Positions 1 through 9,349 of a stretch of DNA of 64,000 nucleotides are shown here, one piece after another. Under the pieces are notes generated by a model that saw only the letters and a program-made list of their open reading frames with translations, did no database searches and had not been told where the DNA came from. Position 1 is the stretch's first letter. Each line of letters opens with the position of its first letter. The stretch is from Armatimonadota bacterium (lineage in GTDB: Bacteria; Armatimonadota; Fervidibacteria; Fervidibacterales; Thermosaccharophagaceae), in NCBI GenBank assembly GCA_025062195.1, contig JANXAS010000001.1:872-64871 (forward strand), in the 5' to 3' direction. The position numbers and the translations under genes were made by a program.

Positions 1-293
1 CACAAGGCTGCACCATCATAAAGTTCCTGTTCAATTGCTCATTCTGCTACTCTCAAAAGTTTTTCAGCCCTCGTTAATGCCTACTTAATGTCGTCGTCCA
101 TAAGTTTTGCCACCGAACGAATTGACAGTTTTTTGGAACGCTAAAGGCATGCCCTGTGATTTGAGCATCTGCTCTTTACCAAGTGTTGATGAACAGTTTT
201 TAGCAACCATGCTATTGGCTTCAGCCCATAGTCGCTGATGGAAAGTAGGGGCGGGTGAAACCTGCCTGAAATTTGCGGGCGGATTTCATCCGT

Positions 294-376
294 CCCTACA
301 ATACAAATTCTCGCCGCATGAATTCAGCGCTCAGCCTTTTCACCATCAACCACTGGCTAAAGCCAATGGCATTGGC
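294..376 (+). repeat. Intergenic repeat block (family E), copy 1; second copy at 62584-62655
   Basis: CCCTAC...ATGAATTC(A/G)GCGCTCA...TCACCATCAA...GGCTAAAGCCAA..GCAT(T)GG aligns by eye with 62584-62655 in the same orientation. It is preceded by an imperfect hairpin at 248-299 (GTAGGGGCGGGTGAAA / TTTCATCCGTCCCTAC, 14 of 16 complementary). Confidence 0.7.
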
Positions 377-620
377 AGCAGAGCACAAACAAGCTTTGTA
401 GAGAGGGCGTTTGTAAATATTTTGGGGCAGACTGTCGTATTCCACTGCCAAACAATACCAATGCGTAAGTCCTATAATTCTTGGACGGCAGACAAGTTTA
501 ATTTAAAACCAAAAATGGACCACCATTGGATGATTGTCCACCACAAACTGGCAAAAGTTTGAAATTTTGATCCTAATGCCATGAAACCAAAACTGAGTTA
601 TAAGCCTTCGGCTTCATGCA

Positions 621-1892
621 CTATACTTCAAACCACTCACGGCGGTAGGTAATCCTTTCGCCCTTCTCAATCGCCATGTTCGCTACAATTGCTGTAACTG
701 TGCTTTGTAGCGCCTCTTTTGCGCCGCATGCTGGTTTCTTTCCCTCACGAATGCATTCAAAGAATTCATTTAAAGCGATGTAAAACGGGTTTTTAAATTC
801 GGGCTTTTGTTTTTCTGGCGGCTTAAATCCGCTTTCAAGTTGCGCTACATACTTTGACGCCTCTGGGTCAAGGACTATACCAAGAGAATCACCAAGTTGT
901 TCTTTTCGGGCATATATTTCCCAACCAAGTTCTGGTGCATCTGGCTCCTTGAACCATAGCCCGATCTGCTCCTTCGAGAACCACATTGCGCCCATCGTCC
1001 CAAGAAATAGTTCATAATTACGTTCATAGCTGCATCCAAGTGTCGCAGTATATGTTACCTTTACGCCATTTGGATATTCAAACAAAAGGTGAATGTTGTC
1101 ACAAACTTCTCTGCCATCTTTCCAAACATCAATCCCGCCATTTCCAACCACTGATATTGGTGTTGCGCCCAAAAACCAATTCACCACATCAAGCTGGTGA
1201 GAGCCAAACTCAACAGCTAAGCCACCAGATGTGTCACGATACAACCGCCAGTTAAGCAGCCTTTCATACTTTGTGTCTGGGACTGGACGGCGCATGGAAT
1301 CTTTGCGATTGTAATGAGCGCGAGCCTGCACTGGTTGTCCTAATGCGCCAACCCTGATGAACTTAAGAGCGTGTTTGTAAAGCGGGCTAAAGCGCCTTTG
1401 GTAACCAACTTGAAAAACCTTCCCGCTCGCTTCGGCGGCTTTGACCATACGCTTGCAATCTTCAATATCATTTGCAAGTGGTGCCTCACAGTAAACATGC
1501 TTCCCCGCTTGTAATGAATCAATTGAGATGGGGACATGTGTCCCAGTTGGTGTGGCTATAATGACGGCTTGCATATCCTTTTCCCTTTCAAGCATTTGCC
1601 TGTGGTCGGAATATGAACGCACTTCTCTCCCAATTCCCTTTAAAGAGCGCTCCAAGTTCGGTTGATAGATATCGCAAAGCGCTACAATTTCAACCCCATC
1701 CATCCTCATCAGTTCTTTGAGCAACACCCTTCCATGAGAGCCTGTTCCGATAACGCCACATAATATAGTTTCCTTCCTTTCCTTCTCTTTCTCAAGAGCG
1801 CCAATTTCAGTTTTTGCCAAGGACGCTAAAGTGAACACTGTTGCACCACCAACAACAAATTCACGCCTACCTATATATGGCATTTTACTCAC
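621..1892 (-). CDS. Gfo/Idh/MocA-family oxidoreductase with Tat signal peptide
   Basis: 423-aa ORF. N-terminal RREFVVGGATVFTLASLA twin-arginine signal, Rossmann motif GVIGTGSHG, and HVYCEAPLA in place of the family EKP motif. Confidence 0.85.
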   Translation of the reverse strand: MSKMPYIGRREFVVGGATVFTLASLAKTEIGALEKEKERKETILCGVIGTGSHGRVLLKELMRMDGVEIVALCDIYQPNLERSLKGIGREVRSYSDHRQMLEREKDMQAVIIATPTGTHVPISIDSLQAGKHVYCEAPLANDIEDCKRMVKAAEASGKVFQVGYQRRFSPLYKHALKFIRVGALGQPVQARAHYNRKDSMRRPVPDTKYERLLNWRLYRDTSGGLAVEFGSHQLDVVNWFLGATPISVVGNGGIDVWKDGREVCDNIHLLFEYPNGVKVTYTATLGCSYERNYELFLGTMGAMWFSKEQIGLWFKEPDAPELGWEIYARKEQLGDSLGIVLDPEASKYVAQLESGFKPPEKQKPEFKNPFYIALNEFFECIREGKKPACGAKEALQSTVTAIVANMAIEKGERITYRREWFEV

Positions 1893-1902
1893 CTCGCCTT
1901 GT

Positions 1903-2949
1903 TTAATTGGGTAGCTCCGCTAAGGGAGCATTCGTTAAGGCTGTTCTTGAGCTGCTCTCAGCTTTTTGCATGAAAGCTGTTGCAATGCCATAAGCCTTAA
2001 TTTGAACTGCACCGCCACTTTGATAGACCAATATTGCTCCAACTTCGTGGTGCCGTTCACAATAGGTCTTTACACCCTCACAACCAAGCAACAAGAATGC
2101 CGTTGATAGAGCATCAGCATCTGTTGCACTTCTACAAATTGCATAGGCTCTAAGCACCATTTGACTTCCAGTGCTGGATTGAGTGCGTGGGTCAAAGATA
2201 TGCAAACGCCTTCCACATGCAAAATTGTCATACCACTCTGAGACACCTATCGCAATGTCATTGACCTCTAAAACTGCCAAACGCCTTGATGGTTCTTTAG
2301 GGTTAGTTATCCCAACCAACCATCCATTGAAGTGTGGCAAAGCCCCGGAAGCATAAATTGAACTTTTCCCTGCGTGCACGAAAAAGTTGCGCAACCCCTC
2401 CCTTCGCAAGCAACTAACAATAGAATCAACAGCATAGCCCTTTGCAATGCCACATGGATCAAGCATTATACCCTCTTGAAGGAAGCGCACCGTCATCGTT
2501 TCATCGTCTAAATGTAACAACTGCAATCCTATCAATGGTTTGGTATCGTTGTTTATACCGAAGTGCTCCCATGAGCGCTCTATGGATGTGAAATGTCTCC
2601 TGCGTTTTCTTGGAAGGGTAAAGGCACCGACGGTGATATCAAAAGCGCCACCACTTTCAAGCCCAATTTCTACAGCCCGCTTGAGTAGCTGATAAAGTTG
2701 AGGTTCAACTTTTACAGGCTCGCAATGGGCACGCTTGTTGATGTCGCTAATGTGACTTTCAGCAACAAAGGGATTTAACTGCGCCTCCAGTTGCTCAACC
2801 TCGTCAAGCGCCCTCTCAAGGACTGCATGAATGTCAACATGCCCCTCATCAACAGCGATGATTTCAAATCTGCACGCCATCGCTATGCGCGCAGCTGCCA
2901 CAAACGAATTTGATTTCCAATTCCACTCCACTAACTTCAACTCCCGCAA
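1903..2949 (-). CDS. apbE: ApbE-family FAD:protein FMN transferase
   Basis: 348-aa ORF with ApbE signatures GGAFDITVGA and DPCGIAKGYAVD. No recognisable signal peptide or lipobox before the conserved core. Confidence 0.8.
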   Translation of the reverse strand: MRELKLVEWNWKSNSFVAAARIAMACRFEIIAVDEGHVDIHAVLERALDEVEQLEAQLNPFVAESHISDINKRAHCEPVKVEPQLYQLLKRAVEIGLESGGAFDITVGAFTLPRKRRRHFTSIERSWEHFGINNDTKPLIGLQLLHLDDETMTVRFLQEGIMLDPCGIAKGYAVDSIVSCLRREGLRNFFVHAGKSSIYASGALPHFNGWLVGITNPKEPSRRLAVLEVNDIAIGVSEWYDNFACGRRLHIFDPRTQSSTGSQMVLRAYAICRSATDADALSTAFLLLGCEGVKTYCERHHEVGAILVYQSGGAVQIKAYGIATAFMQKAESSSRTALTNAPLAELPN

Positions 2950-3218
2950 GTATAGAAAAGCTTATGAGTTACAAGTCGCACAGTTGAATGATGGGCAGCT
3001 GTTAAGCTGCCCGCATAATCGTATTGCATATTCGTATACTTCGTTTCGCTCCTCACTCAAAAGGTTGTTGGTGGAAGATTGTGGGAAAGGAGAAATTACA
3101 CCTTCGGCTCATTGCAAAGCCTTTAGCTTAAACAAACAGCCACCACCCTTTGGGCTGGCTATTGCCCGCACATGCAAATATGCAGGCTGTGTAAGCATAA
3201 GGTTTTGACTAAAAGGGC

Positions 3219-4496
3219 TTATGAGACAACCTGCAGAGCACTTGGGTCAAACTTCATCACCTTATCTTGCCTGTAGGATAGCTCTGCAAGACCGACAGCA
3301 ACCATTACCTTGTATGCAAGCTCAACATCACAATTCGGCTTGCCACGGGTGCGCACACACTCAAAGAAGTTTTTGTGGTGTGCTGCAATATTGTCTGGGG
3401 TTGGCTCAACTTGCACTTCTTCAACTTCCCTCTCCTCCGCATATGGGCGTGTTGGGCGGATGACTATCCTGTTTCCACTTATCTCCATTGTTGCCTCATG
3501 TCCTCTGATCAATGTTGAAACTCCAACTTCGTTCGCCATTGACGAAAGCACCACGACATTGTAATTACCCGGATACTCAACAATCATATGGTATGTATCT
3601 GGCACTTCCCTATCCTTGTGGACATAGATTCCGCCACTTGCAACCACCCTCGTTGGAAATTCAGCGCCGATGGCTAACAGCAATGTGTTGAGCACATGCG
3701 GAAACAGGTCGGTCCCTATTCCGCCAGAGTAATCCCAGAACTTGCGCCACCTGAAAAACCTCTCCGGATCCCAAGGGCGTTTTGGAGCCGGTCCGAGGAA
3801 CGCATCCCAGTCAAGGTTAACACCAGGCTTTGCATCTGGGTCTATAGCATAGTTCCACTCGCCCTCTTTTGAGTTCCTACAATAGCTCGTCTGTGCCCAA
3901 ACTATCTTCCCGAGCTTGCCCTGCTTGATCAATTCGGCTGCCCTGTGCCATACCTTTTCTGAACAACCCTGTGAACCAACTTGGACAACTCGCTTTGTGC
4001 GCAGTGCTGTCTCGTATACCTGCTTAGCTTCATCAAGATATCTTGTGAACGGCTTTTCAAGGTAGATGTCCTTCCCAGCCTCCATTGCGTCAATAGCCAT
4101 TCTTGCATGCCAGTGGTCAGGCGTGACGATCCAAACAACATCAACATCCTGCAACTCAAGGAGTTTCCGGTAATCCTTAAACGGCTTCGCTCCAGATATT
4201 TGAACGGCATTGTTAAGGCGCTTTTCGTAAATATCGCATACTGCAACGACTTGTATGTTCTCCTTGCCGCTCTTTGATGCATCAACAAGCTTGCGCAGGT
4301 GATGCGTTCCCATACCGCCACATCCAATTACACCAACATTTATTCGGTCGTTTGCACCAATGACTCTGCCGGGACCTGCAAGCGCATATGTTTGGCTTCT
4401 CTTCCAACCGGCAACGCCGGCTGCTGTTGCCGCACCGATGAGCAAGAACTCACGCCTCGTCACCAATTTGGACTCGCGCTCCCTATCCGAACGCAT
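3219..4496 (-). CDS. Gfo/Idh/MocA-family oxidoreductase with Tat signal peptide
   Basis: 425-aa ORF. TRREFLLIGAATAAGVAGW Tat signal, GVIGCGGMG Rossmann motif, DIYLEKPFT family motif. Confidence 0.85.
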   Translation of the reverse strand: MRSDRERESKLVTRREFLLIGAATAAGVAGWKRSQTYALAGPGRVIGANDRINVGVIGCGGMGTHHLRKLVDASKSGKENIQVVAVCDIYEKRLNNAVQISGAKPFKDYRKLLELQDVDVVWIVTPDHWHARMAIDAMEAGKDIYLEKPFTRYLDEAKQVYETALRTKRVVQVGSQGCSEKVWHRAAELIKQGKLGKIVWAQTSYCRNSKEGEWNYAIDPDAKPGVNLDWDAFLGPAPKRPWDPERFFRWRKFWDYSGGIGTDLFPHVLNTLLLAIGAEFPTRVVASGGIYVHKDREVPDTYHMIVEYPGNYNVVVLSSMANEVGVSTLIRGHEATMEISGNRIVIRPTRPYAEEREVEEVQVEPTPDNIAAHHKNFFECVRTRGKPNCDVELAYKVMVAVGLAELSYRQDKVMKFDPSALQVVS

Positions 4497-5138
4497 TCAT
4501 TATCACCTCCACAGATGGGGTTAGATGGACAACCCAGATTGTGCCCTCACACTGTTGCACATGAAGTGCTCTTACACCGCCTTTAATTGCAGCTGCAAAT
4601 ATCCGCACCAAATTATAACGCTCAGACATCAAACCCAACCCGCTTTCCACAGAATTAGAATACGTCCAAGCGTTTTCGTTTGCAAGCCTTCATTTTGACC
4701 CGCAGAATAAGCCTCACATAGTGGAACAGATAGCTGTGAGGGTTGCTCCCACAATAACTGCGCTGCTAAAACTCGCTTACCGAAAGTGGCGTTTGGTGAT
4801 GGCACTAACGGCTTAACCACCGCGCTCATCAATGAGAGCATAATTCTACGACGGGTTAGCTATACAACTTGGATAAGGATCTGCTGATATGAACTTGTGA
4901 GCCGCTATGTATGCAAGTATGCGTTGACCATAGCGGAGATGCCCTTAAACTAAAGAGGGTTAGTCAAAAAGCGGCATAAGCTTCAAACCTGCAAAATCAT
5001 GAGATGGGATATTCACGCTGCTCTGTTACCAAGCTCATGGCTAAGAGCGGCGCGGAAAAGAGCGGGTATATTGCCTACAAAAGATGCAGCGGATGCTTAT
5101 GGAACGCCATTTGAAGACCGAGATGCGGGGGAAGGTTT

Positions 5139-6137
5139 ATGCGCTGCGGCAAGCAATTAAGCAGTTGCCTTGATAATGCCGACATAGGGCTGCTTAACAG
5201 GGCGCAACTTGGCATACCCATTGAACGAAAGCCATTTCAAATCATCGGGCAACAGCTCGGCATGGATGAGGATGAAGTGATAAGCAGGCTTGAGCGCATG
5301 AAGAGCCTAAAAATACTGCGCTATATAAGCGCCATATTTGATGCCTCAAAGGTCGGGTATAAAACAGCGCTTGTTGCATTTGCCGTCCACAAAGAGAAAG
5401 TTACTGAGGTCGCCGGGAGGATAAATTTAATGCCGTTTGTAAGCCACAATTATGAGCGTGACTCTGAGTTTAACCTTTGGTTCACAGTGACTCTCCCTCA
5501 AGCACAAGATTTGCATCTTGTGGTTGCCTCACTTGCTCATGCTTGCGAAGTTGATGAGTGGATGCTTTTGCCTGCGTTGCGAACCTTTAAAATTGGTGTT
5601 GCATTAGATGCCTCACTGCGCTTCGGCAATATTTATAGCCGATATGAGGAGAAGCCGATGCCGAGCCGGCAGATTGATGAAGATGACATAACATGCATAC
5701 GCATTATGCAGGACGAATTCCCACTTGTTAGCAAACCGTTTGAAGTGCTTGCAAACAAAGGCGGTGTTGATGAAGGGTGGCTAATTGAGCGCACATTGCT
5801 GCTGCTATGCGAGGGCAGATTGAGACGCATTGCAGCATTGGTGAATCACAGGTTGCTTGGCTATACAGCAAACGCATTGGTGGTATGGGATGTGCCTGAC
5901 GAGGATGTTGATGTAGTCGGAGAAAGGTTCGCTTCACTTGCATGGGTAAGCCACTGTTACCAGCGCCCAAGATATCCTAAATGGCAATTTTCGCTTTACA
6001 CAATGATTCATGGAAGGGATGAGCGAAACCTAAATGAGCTCGTTGAACGAATGTTGAGTGTTGCCGGAGAATACAGATGGCGAATGCTCCTTTCAAAGCG
6101 CGAGTTCAAAAAGGAAAGGGTTAAACTCTTCTCATAA
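5139..6137 (+). CDS. Siroheme decarboxylase-like protein (fused AhbA/AhbB or NirD/NirL type, AsnC/Lrp-like fold)
   Basis: 332 aa, the length of two tandem modules. LLNRAQ...GMDEDEVISRLERMK (HTH-like) followed by VSHNYERDSEFNLWFTVT, which matches the AhbA/NirD signature as I remember it. Confidence 0.65.
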   Translation: MRCGKQLSSCLDNADIGLLNRAQLGIPIERKPFQIIGQQLGMDEDEVISRLERMKSLKILRYISAIFDASKVGYKTALVAFAVHKEKVTEVAGRINLMPFVSHNYERDSEFNLWFTVTLPQAQDLHLVVASLAHACEVDEWMLLPALRTFKIGVALDASLRFGNIYSRYEEKPMPSRQIDEDDITCIRIMQDEFPLVSKPFEVLANKGGVDEGWLIERTLLLLCEGRLRRIAALVNHRLLGYTANALVVWDVPDEDVDVVGERFASLAWVSHCYQRPRYPKWQFSLYTMIHGRDERNLNELVERMLSVAGEYRWRMLLSKREFKKERVKLFS

Positions 6138-6243
6138 AAGCTGCTATGGGGTGAAAGGCACAGCTTTAAAGCTCTGGCGCTGCTATTGAATTTGGTCATG
6201 AGAAAGCAATGCTCAAGTTGTAAGCAGCGGGAGAGGCGTATGA

Positions 6244-6684
<441 letters not shown>

Positions 6685-6697
6685 GTGAGGCGAATTT

Positions 6698-9349
6698 GTG
6701 ATGCAGTATGACGAACTCAATACTCAGCGAACTGAACTGCAGGAAGCTGCGAGGCAATGGCGAAAGCGCATATTTGAAACTCCACTGGCCTGCGTGAGCG
6801 GGTTGGAGTTGTGCGCTGAGATATCGCAAAGCTTGGACGAACTGATGCGCAGGATTTATGAGTTCTCATTCTTTCACGCTTTCAAGGTTGCTGGTGAACA
6901 TTACCAACCTGACAGGACAGAAGTGGCTATCGTGGCGACCGGGAGCTACGGTAGGATGCAGCTTTGTCCATTCTCGGATGTTGACATAACCTTTGTCCCG
7001 TCGGAACAAGACAACCCCTTCATTGACGCTGTATTGAAGAACACTTTCAGGCTTCTCATATCCACGATAATTGACGCCATAGATTTGCGTCTTGGCTACG
7101 CCTACAGACCGCTTGAGGACATACCGAACTTAGATAGCGTCACCAAAGCAGCTCTCATGGATGCTCGTCTCGTAGCTGGCAGTGAGAGACTTTACTGCAA
7201 ACTGCTTGATTCGTTGCACGGGACAATGGACACAATGGCATTTGTGCAAGACAAAATAGCAGAACGCAGCAGCGTTAGAGGTAGGTCAATACACCTCACC
7301 GAACCTAACATTAAGCATGGCGCTGGCATGTTGCGAGATATACAGCAGACGCTATGGCTGCTTTCTGCTGTGCACAGCATACATCCGCCGGTAACGCCCA
7401 TGAAGCTCTTTGAGCTTGGGATGTTAAGTCATGAGGAAGCAAAAAGGCTTCAAGAGGCGCTTGACTTCTTCCTGAGGGTGAGGAATTGGCTTCACCTGCG
7501 CGCCGGAAAAAGAGAAGACACGCTCCTAAGAGAATATCATGAGCAAATTGCTTGCGACTTCGGTTTCGCTGAAGATGCGAAAGCCAGTATGAATGAACTG
7601 TTTGAACGCCTATACGGATACGCCGAATTTGTGAACTCGCTTGCAAGGCATGTTGAGCATATGGTGCATGAATTGCAAATCGCTATTGATGAGCATTTCT
7701 ATGCTGAGCATCAACGCTTGCATATCTATGATGCTAATTCGCTGACGAGAGAGCCACAACTGTTGCTCACAGCGTTTGAACACGCACAACGATATAAGCT
7801 GGAGCTCTCGCACGAACTGCGCAACGCAATAAAGAGAGCTGTAACCGCATTTGGTGAAGTGCTATCTCACGCCGATTGGTGCGGGAGAAAGCTGATGAAC
7901 ATACTTGGGCATCCATCACCGCAAAGGATAATCGGGGAGATGGTTGAGCTTAGTGTGTTACAAGCCTGTATACCGGAACTTGGTAGAGCCATGAGCATTG
8001 TGCCGAGCAATAGGGCGCACGAGCTTACAGTAGGCGCTCACTGTGTCCGCACGATGCTCAATTTGGCGGAGCTGGAGCAAATGAGGGATTCGGAAACACT
8101 CATAGGCGAAGTTTGGAAGGATGTGAGCGATCGTTCAATATTGCATCTTGCAGCACTCCTTCATGACCTCGGAAAGGTTCATTCGGAAGATGAAGAGGGT
8201 CATTGCAAAGCCGGAGCAAAGCTCGCCGAGGATGTGGGAAGCAGATTCAGGCTTGACCACGATAGGAGAAGGTTGCTCGTTGAGCTCGTCAAAAACCACA
8301 TGTTGCTTTTAAGGGCTGCACGCCTGCATGACACTCAGGATGAGACTATCCTGATGCAACTCGCCGAGAAGATTAACGATGCTGGTCTGCTGCGCATGCT
8401 CTACTTGCTTTCATATGCAGATGCGCAGGCTGTAAGTGGGCAAACCTTCACAGCACTTGAGAAGGAACTGCTTGACAGCCTTTTCATTAACCTCAACCGT
8501 TACCTAATCGCACACGCTGAGGCTGATTTGCAAACTATAGTTAGCGAACATCGCGCAAGGCTTTCACGCCGGCTAAAGCAGTATGGATTAACACCACAGC
8601 AGATTGAGTTTGTCCTTTCGGCTTTCCCAACCGGCTACTTGCTCAACACCACTACGGAAACAATCGCTGAGCACCTGAGAATGATTGACAGGTTGATTGA
8701 GACTGGTGAACCGATCATAGCTATCCATAACGAACCAGGAGCTGACTTTTCAAGCCTTGAAATTTGCGCCTATGACGAGCCATCTCCGGGATTGCTGAGC
8801 AGGATATGCGGTGCTTTGTATGCTCAGGATGTGGACATAAGGATGGCTCAAGTCCTGACTGTGGACATCACAGATAAGTTTAAACATGGCACATCCGACT
8901 CGGGCAAAAAGCGCGTCGTCCTTGATACACTGCTCATACGAACAAGGTATGGGCAGGTGAGCGAGGCAAAGGCAAGGCGTATACACGAAACGCTTGTAAG
9001 AGTGCTCAGCAAAGATGTGAGCGTTGTCCAACTCCTTGAGGAGAGCGGTCTGGAGAGCACATTCTCGGTAAATGTTCACAGCATATCTGTGAGCAACTCT
9101 GTGTCAAAAGTTTGCACAGTTATCCACATTAAAGCCGATGACCGAAAGGGGTTGCTATTCAGGATTACGGGCGCAATATCCTCCCTTGGTTTGGACATCG
9201 TGACCGCAAAGATTGCTACATGGCGCGATGTTGCCGAAGACTCATTCTATGTCATTACGAGGGATGGAACGAAAGTGCCCGATGAGGAATTGGAGAGGCT
9301 TAAAAGCGAACTCAGGGAGCGGCTTGAAAAGCCATGGGCGCTAACATGA
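6698..9349 (+). CDS. glnD: [Protein-PII] uridylyltransferase / uridylyl-removing enzyme
   Basis: 883 aa. N-terminal nucleotidyltransferase region (GSYGRMQLCPFSDVDITFV), HD domain (LLHDLGK), two C-terminal ACT-like segments. Lies directly after glnB. Confidence 0.85.
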   Translation: MMQYDELNTQRTELQEAARQWRKRIFETPLACVSGLELCAEISQSLDELMRRIYEFSFFHAFKVAGEHYQPDRTEVAIVATGSYGRMQLCPFSDVDITFVPSEQDNPFIDAVLKNTFRLLISTIIDAIDLRLGYAYRPLEDIPNLDSVTKAALMDARLVAGSERLYCKLLDSLHGTMDTMAFVQDKIAERSSVRGRSIHLTEPNIKHGAGMLRDIQQTLWLLSAVHSIHPPVTPMKLFELGMLSHEEAKRLQEALDFFLRVRNWLHLRAGKREDTLLREYHEQIACDFGFAEDAKASMNELFERLYGYAEFVNSLARHVEHMVHELQIAIDEHFYAEHQRLHIYDANSLTREPQLLLTAFEHAQRYKLELSHELRNAIKRAVTAFGEVLSHADWCGRKLMNILGHPSPQRIIGEMVELSVLQACIPELGRAMSIVPSNRAHELTVGAHCVRTMLNLAELEQMRDSETLIGEVWKDVSDRSILHLAALLHDLGKVHSEDEEGHCKAGAKLAEDVGSRFRLDHDRRRLLVELVKNHMLLLRAARLHDTQDETILMQLAEKINDAGLLRMLYLLSYADAQAVSGQTFTALEKELLDSLFINLNRYLIAHAEADLQTIVSEHRARLSRRLKQYGLTPQQIEFVLSAFPTGYLLNTTTETIAEHLRMIDRLIETGEPIIAIHNEPGADFSSLEICAYDEPSPGLLSRICGALYAQDVDIRMAQVLTVDITDKFKHGTSDSGKKRVVLDTLLIRTRYGQVSEAKARRIHETLVRVLSKDVSVVQLLEESGLESTFSVNVHSISVSNSVSKVCTVIHIKADDRKGLLFRITGAISSLGLDIVTAKIATWRDVAEDSFYVITRDGTKVPDEELERLKSELRERLEKPWALT

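Noticed and set aside
1-620. Possible partial CDS or toxin-antitoxin remnant at the left edge
   Set aside because: No open frame of useful length exists on either strand. The region consists of repeat modules and hairpins.
4497-5138. tRNA, tmRNA, SRP RNA, RNase P or 6S genes in the large intergenic regions (also 20080-20430, 31654-32316, 40388-40955, 62237-62960)
   Set aside because: I found no T-arm GGTTCGAATCC-like motif, no acceptor-stem symmetry and no conserved cores of the common housekeeping RNAs by eye. A tRNAscan/Infernal run would be decisive.
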